A stretch of 64,000 nt of DNA, taken from an uncultured candidate division Zixibacteria bacterium. GTDB lineage: Bacteria; Zixibacteria; MSB-5A5; GN15; PGXB01. A model generated the notes under the pieces. It was not told the DNA's origin and made no database searches. It worked only from the letters and a program-made list of their open reading frames with translations. Of the stretch, positions 58,758 through 64,000 are shown piece by piece. How positions within the stretch are numbered: the first letter of the stretch is position 1; the number at the start of each line of letters is the position of its first letter. The stretch is from the NCBI GenBank assembly GCA_963702205.1, contig OY969724.1, positions 1,120,001-1,184,000 on the forward strand, read 5' to 3'. Made by a program: the position numbers and the translations under genes.

Positions 58758-61700
58758 ATGAAAAAGAAATCGATATCTATTGCACTTGCGGTTCTGATCG
58801 GAGCGTTTGCTTTCGGGCAAACGAGCTTCGCTTCCATTGTTCCGCTGACGTCATTTTCGAATACGCAACAGAGCACGGCTTCGACGACTTTACAAAATTC
58901 GGACGTGGTGATCTCGGGCTCCAGCCTGCAGAATGGCGTGGACTACTTGATCCTTTATTCGGTGTCTTACGGCGGCAACAGCACCAGCGAAGACCCGGTG
59001 GTTTCCGTTATGTACGGCTCAACCACAATCGCGAACGGCGCCGATGAAGGTTCTTCGAGCGGAACTCCCGAAGCCATGCGCGTCGGATCCCTCGAAGGGT
59101 ACTATATACTGACCGGTGACGGAGTGTCCGATCTGAGGATTCAATATCGGTCCACGAGGGGCGGAACCTGCTATATTGCCGGTAAGTCCCTGATTGCCAT
59201 CCCGCTCGAGCAGTTGACTCTTAACCAGGACTACTGGTTTGCCACACAGAACGGTGACGCCGCGGTGATGTCGACCACGTCGGCTTTCTCCGATCTTCTC
59301 TCGACCAACCTTAATCTCACGGAATCCGGTGATTATCTCGTCCTGGCAAGCGCCGAGGGCTGGACTCCTTCCGGATCGACCAGCAATGGTGAGGCGTTCC
59401 GATTCCAGGTTAATTCGACGATTCAGAAAGCGACCATGGCCAAGGAGTGGGAGAATAACGCCGCCAGACGTTCTTTTTCATATGCCCGCATCCATACTCT
59501 CAATGCGGGAGTGAACAATTTCGTGATACAGGGCGGCCCGGCCCAGGGGACGGCGTCCAAGTCGTTCCGGCGCGGCCGCATTATAGTCATAAAAGCCAAT
59601 ACCTTCGACCAGATGGTTTCGGCTGTCCAGAATTCCGACGTGACGACGACGGCCAACCATCCGACCTATGATAATTATATCACCAATACATATACCCCGA
59701 ACCAGCAGGAGTATGTTGTAATCATCGGTAATACATGGGGTTACCAGGGCCAGAATGCCAGAAGCGTGGTTACGCGTCTGGCCAACACCACGGATAATAT
59801 TTATTTTTCCGATTTTATTTCCGATGACGCGAAAGACATTACGGTCGACCGGGTGATGTTCTCGGTCTTCGGTGCCGAAGAGATTTCCTCGGCCAAGACG
59901 TACGCCTTTCAAGTTTCGGGCGAATCCAGTTACACGACGGCCAATCATTTTCAATATGGTGACCTGATTGTCTGGAGTTTGACACCCCTCGGGGATGCGC
60001 CTCCGGTTATCGCTCCGATCGGGCCAAAATCGACCAATGAGCTCCAGAATCTTAATTTTACGGTGACCGCCACTGATCCCAACGGAACGACACCTTTGCT
60101 TACCGCCGAAAGCGTCCCGGCGAGCGCCACGTTTACCGATCACAGCGACGGTACGGGTACTTTTGACTGGACCCCGGGATCGACCGACAACGGGATATAT
60201 CTGGTAAGCTTCATTGCATCGGACGGCGCGCTGGCCGATACGGAGGTGGTATCTATCACGGTTTACGATCCGGGTACGATTTCTGTAATAAACCGCATCA
60301 GCAGCTGGACGACGGGGCTGACGCATACGGTTGGCAGCGGCAATAATCGTATGCTTGTATTTGCCGTCGGTCATGAAAACAACGGCGATGCGCCGATCAG
60401 CTCGGTGACGTACGGCGGGCAGACTATGATCCGAGTAGTCGAAGCTACCACGGCGGCGACCGGCTTTCAGGCGCACGTGGAACTCTGGTATCTCAATGAA
60501 GCCGGAATCACGGCGGCCACGAGCAATCAGTTTACGGTAAATTATACATCGACAGCACCGACCGATCCGATGTACGCGGCGGCCAGCTATGAAAATGTAA
60601 ATCAAACCACGCCAATTTTCGACTTCGGCAGCAACTCCACGACCACGGCCACGCCGAACCCGATTACGGCGACCATGAATGCCACATTTAATGGTCTGTC
60701 GATCGGCACCGCTTTAAGTGGAAACGACGGCTCATATACGTGGAACAACGGCTGGACTGAAGGATACGATCAGTCATCCAATGCCACCTGTAATATGTCC
60801 GGGGCGGATTATTTCGAATCAGCCACCGGGACGACCACGGCCAGTGCGACCCACAGCGGCCCCAACCGCCAGGCGATTGCGGCCCTCTCTCTGCAGCCGG
60901 CCCCGGCGCCGCAGCAGCCGCCGGTCGTGTCGGATATCCCCGACCAGACGATTGATGAGGGTTCCACTTTCGCGACTATCAGTCTCGACAATTACGTTGA
61001 CGATCCGGACAACGTCGATTCAGAGATAAGCTGGACGTATTCCGGTAACACCGAGCTTTCGGTAAATATCGACGCCAGCCGCGTGGCGACCATCACGATT
61101 CCATCGAGTGATTGGTATGGTTCAGAGACGATCACCTTTACGGCGACCGATCCTGATTTGCTCTCCGACAGCGATCCGGCGACGTTTACCGTCAATAATA
61201 TTAATGATGCGCCGGTCGTCAGTGACATCCCCGATCAGACAGTAGACGAGGGTTCGACCTTTACGACTATAAATCTCGATGATTTTGTCAGTGATATAGA
61301 TAATGCCGATTCCGAGATCAACTGGACGTATTCGGGCAACACCGAACTTACGATAAATATCAATGCCAGCCGCGTGGCTACAATCACGATCCCGAGTGTT
61401 GACTGGAACGGCTCAGAGACGATCACGTTTACCGCAACCGATCCGGGACTACTTTCGGATAATGATCCGGCGACGTTTACGGTCAATGCCATAAACGATG
61501 CTCCGGTGGTGAGCGACATTCCCGATCAGACAGTAGACGAGGGTTCGACTTTCGCGACGATAAATCTCGACAATTATGTCAACGACGTGGACAATGCCGA
61601 CAGTGAAATCAACTGGACGTATTCAGGCAACACCGAACTTACGGTAAATATCAATGCCAGTCGCGTGGCGACAATATCTATACCGGGAATCGAGTGGAAC

Positions 61701-64000
61701 GGCTCGGAAACGATTACGTTTACCGCGACCGATCCGGGATTGCTTTCGGACAGTGATCCGGCAGTATTCACGGTCAATGCCATAAATGATGCTCCGGTCG
61801 TAAGTGATATACCGGATCAGACTATAGATGAGGGATCGACCTTTGCGACTATAAATCTGGACGATTATGTCAGCGATATCGATAACGCTGATAGTGAAAT
61901 AAACTGGACGTACTCCGGCAATACCGAACTTACGGTAAATATAAATGCCAGTCGTGTGGCGACCATCACGATTCCATCGAGTGATTGGAACGGCTCGGAG
62001 ACAATCACGCTTACCGCGATCGATCCCGGACTGCTTTCTGACAGCGATCCGGCAGTTTTTACGGTCAACGCCTTAAACGATGCTCCGATCGTAAGTGATA
62101 TTCCCGATCAAACCATAGATGAAGGTTCGACTTTCGCGACTGTTAATCTCGACGATTATGTCAGCGACGTCGATAATGCCGACAGTGAGATCAACTGGAC
62201 GTACTCAGGCAATACTGAGCTTTCGGTCAGTATCGATGCCTCGCGTATCGCGACCATCACGATACCGTCACCGACCTGGAATGGTTCGGAAACGATCACA
62301 TTCACTGCCACCGACCCGGGCCTGCTTTCCGACAGCGATCCGGCCGCATTTACGGTTACAGCCGTTAATGATTCGCCGGTCGTGAGCGATATTCCCGATC
62401 AGACTATAGACGAGGGATCGACCTTCGCAACCATCAACCTCGATGATTTCGTGACCGACGCCGACAATACCGACGCCGAGATGACGTGGACGTACTCAGG
62501 TAACACCGAACTTTCGGTCAGTATTGACGGTTCACGCGTTGCGACGATAACTATTCCGAGCGCAGACTGGTTCGGGACGGAGACGATTACATTTACCGCG
62601 ACTGATCCGGGGCTGCTTTCCGACAGCGATCCGGCGACGTTTACCGTCAATAATATTAACGACGCACCGGTCGTCAGCGACATACCCGATCAGACAATAG
62701 ATGAAGGTTCGATTTTCGCGACCATCAATTTAGACGATTATGTCAGTGATATAGATAATGCCGATTCCGAGATAAACTGGACGTATTCGGGCAACACGGA
62801 ACTTACGGTAAATATCAATGCTTCCCGAGTGGCGACGATAACGATTCCCAATGTCGACTGGAACGGAGCAGAGACGATTACGTTCACCGCGACCGATCCG
62901 GGACTACTTTCGGATAATGATCCGGCGACGTTTACGGTTAATGCTGTTAATGATGCACCAGTAGTAACTGACATTCCCGACCGGACGATTCTTGAAGGCA
63001 CCACGTTTTCAACCATCAATCTTGACAGCTATGTCAGCGACGTGGACAATGCCGACTCGGAAATCAACTGGACGTATTCGGGCAATACGGAGCTGACGGT
63101 GAGTATCGATGCTTCGCACGTCGCCACGATAACGATCCCGAGCTCAGACTGGTTCGGTGCAGAAACGATCACGTTTACCGCGACCGATCCGGGCCTGCTT
63201 TCCGACAGTGACCCGGCCATATTCACGGTCAACGGCATCAACGATCCGCCGGTGGTGAGCGATATCCCTAATCAGACAATTGACGAAGGTTTAACTTTCG
63301 CCACGATAAACCTCGATGATTTTGTTAGTGACGTTGACAATGCCGATGCGGAAATCGACTGGACCTATTCGGGCAATACGGAGCTTGCGGTTAGTATCGA
63401 CGCCTCGCGTATTGCAACTATCACCGCTCCCAATGTCGATTGGTTCGGTTCGGAGACGATCACGTTCACGGCGACCGATCCCGGGGTGCTTTCCGACAGC
63501 GACCCAGCCACGTTTACGGTTAATGCCGTCAACGATGCACCGGTGGTAACGGATATTCCGAATCAGGCGGTAACCGAAGGCTCGAATTTTACTACCATCA
63601 GCCTGGATGATTTTGTGTCCGACGTCGATAACGGCGATGCGGAAATGACCTGGACGTATTCAGGTAATACCGAACTTACGGTCAATATAGATGCCTCGCG
63701 TATTGCGACCATCACGATCCCTTCGCCGACCTGGAACGGCTCGGAAACGATCACATTCACTGCCACCGATCCGGGCCTGCTTTCCGACAGCGATCCGGCT
63801 ACGTTTGCGGTTACGGCCGTCAACGACCCGCCGGTCGTGAGCGATATTCCTGATCAAACTATAGACGAGGGATCGACTTTCGCCACAATCAACCTCGATG
63901 ATTTCGTGACCGATCCCGACAATACCGATGCCGAAATGACATGGATGTACTCCGGTAACACCGAGCTTTCGGTAAGTATCGATGCATCCCGCATAGCGAC
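58758..64000 (+). CDS. Giant secreted adhesin-like protein with tandem cadherin-like repeats (3' end outside window)
   Basis: GGAG-ATG, MKKKSISIALAVLIGAFAFGQTSFA signal peptide; same frame at spot checks 60921 and 63840; absent from the ORF track, consistent with no stop inside the window. Confidence 0.85.
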   Translation, partial: MKKKSISIALAVLIGAFAFGQTSFASIVPLTSFSNTQQSTASTTLQNSDVVISGSSLQNGVDYLILYSVSYGGNSTSEDPVVSVMYGSTTIANGADEGSSSGTPEAMRVGSLEGYYILTGDGVSDLRIQYRSTRGGTCYIAGKSLIAIPLEQLTLNQDYWFATQNGDAAVMSTTSAFSDLLSTNLNLTESGDYLVLASAEGWTPSGSTSNGEAFRFQVNSTIQKATMAKEWENNAARRSFSYARIHTLNAGVNNFVIQGGPAQGTASKSFRRGRIIVIKANTFDQMVSAVQNSDVTTTANHPTYDNYITNTYTPNQQEYVVIIGNTWGYQGQNARSVVTRLANTTDNIYFSDFISDDAKDITVDRVMFSVFGAEEISSAKTYAFQVSGESSYTTANHFQYGDLIVWSLTPLGDAPPVIAPIGPKSTNELQNLNFTVTATDPNGTTPLLTAESVPASATFTDHSDGTGTFDWTPGSTDNGIYLVSFIASDGALADTEVVSITVYDPGTISVINRISSWTTGLTHTVGSGNNRMLVFAVGHENNGDAPISSVTYGGQTMIRVVEATTAATGFQAHVELWYLNEAGITAATSNQFTVNYTSTAPTDPMYAAASYENVNQTTPIFDFGSNSTTTATPNPITATMNATFNGLSIGTALSGNDGSYTWNNGWTEGYDQSSNATCNMSGADYFESATGTTTASATHSGPNRQAIAALSLQPAPAPQQPPVVSDIPDQTIDEGSTFATISLDNYVDDPDNVDSEISWTYSGNTELSVNIDASRVATITIPSSDWYGSETITFTATDPDLLSDSDPATFTVNNINDAPVVSDIPDQTVDEGSTFTTINLDDFVSDIDNADSEINWTYSGNTELTININASRVATITIPSVDWNGSETITFTATDPGLLSDNDPATFTVNAINDAPVVSDIPDQTVDEGSTFATINLDNYVNDVDNADSEINWTYSGNTELTVNINASRVATISIPGIEWNGSETITFTATDPGLLSDSDPAVFTVNAINDAPVVSDIPDQTIDEGSTFATINLDDYVSDIDNADSEINWTYSGNTELTVNINASRVATITIPSSDWNGSETITLTAIDPGLLSDSDPAVFTVNALNDAPIVSDIPDQTIDEGSTFATVNLDDYVSDVDNADSEINWTYSGNTELSVSIDASRIATITIPSPTWNGSETITFTATDPGLLSDSDPAAFTVTAVNDSPVVSDIPDQTIDEGSTFATINLDDFVTDADNTDAEMTWTYSGNTELSVSIDGSRVATITIPSADWFGTETITFTATDPGLLSDSDPATFTVNNINDAPVVSDIPDQTIDEGSIFATINLDDYVSDIDNADSEINWTYSGNTELTVNINASRVATITIPNVDWNGAETITFTATDPGLLSDNDPATFTVNAVNDAPVVTDIPDRTILEGTTFSTINLDSYVSDVDNADSEINWTYSGNTELTVSIDASHVATITIPSSDWFGAETITFTATDPGLLSDSDPAIFTVNGINDPPVVSDIPNQTIDEGLTFATINLDDFVSDVDNADAEIDWTYSGNTELAVSIDASRIATITAPNVDWFGSETITFTATDPGVLSDSDPATFTVNAVNDAPVVTDIPNQAVTEGSNFTTISLDDFVSDVDNGDAEMTWTYSGNTELTVNIDASRIATITIPSPTWNGSETITFTATDPGLLSDSDPATFAVTAVNDPPVVSDIPDQTIDEGSTFATINLDDFVTDPDNTDAEMTWMYSGNTELSVSIDASRIA
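60918..64000 (+). repeat. Intragenic tandem repeat, 291 nt (97 aa) period, 10 complete units plus a partial 11th
   Basis: PVVSDIPDQTIDEGSTFATINLDDYVSDxDNADSEINWTYSGNTEL...SDSDPAxFTVNAxND; unit anchors at 60921, 61212, 61503, 61794, 62085, 62376, 62667, 62958, 63249, 63540, 63831. Confidence 0.95.

Noticed and set aside
60918..64000. Diversity-generating retroelement or CRISPR in the tandem repeats; repeated minus-strand ORFs (MSLTTGAS...)
   Set aside because: Differences are mostly synonymous and not adenine-specific, and no reverse transcriptase is present; the minus ORFs are antisense shadows of the plus-strand repeat protein
1..64000. tRNA, rRNA, transposase, prophage or defence genes
   Set aside because: No cloverleaf, rRNA-like sequence or corresponding protein motifs were recognised by eye; a covariance or HMM scan would be needed to exclude divergent cases

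Overview
Bacterial chromosomal window, moderately GC-rich (roughly 50-55% by eye). The protein style (C-terminal NYPNPFNP sorting-type domains, GDxNxDGxxNLxDILYLI dockerin-like repeats, TonB receptor) suggests an FCB-related diderm, most plausibly Candidatus Zixibacteria; this is inference. It carries the origin-proximal cluster rpmH-rnpA-yidD-yidC-mnmE-mnmG-rsmG-parA-parB-M23-bactofilin with two parS sites but no dnaA. It also has a TPP-riboswitch-controlled TonB receptor plus Na+/solute symporter, ilvC, an ABC exporter, MoxR/DUF58, an ECF sigma/anti-sigma pair, and many secreted modular proteins: C1 and C10 proteases, cohesin-like/dockerin-like proteins, and a giant 97-aa-repeat adhesin running off the right edge. 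Intergenic DNA holds several families of palindromic REP/MITE-like repeats, some bracketing AT-rich orphan genes. Six genes have single-base lesions. Four frameshifts map directly onto GGTAC and one premature stop would restore GTAC, which hints at a GTAC-specific DNA modification confusing the sequencer. The main candidate novel systems are a two-class cohesin/dockerin extracellular assembly, repeat-bounded gene cassettes, and the GTAC signal. Domain calls come from motif recognition only; no searches were run. No rRNA, tRNA, CRISPR array or transposase was recognised.
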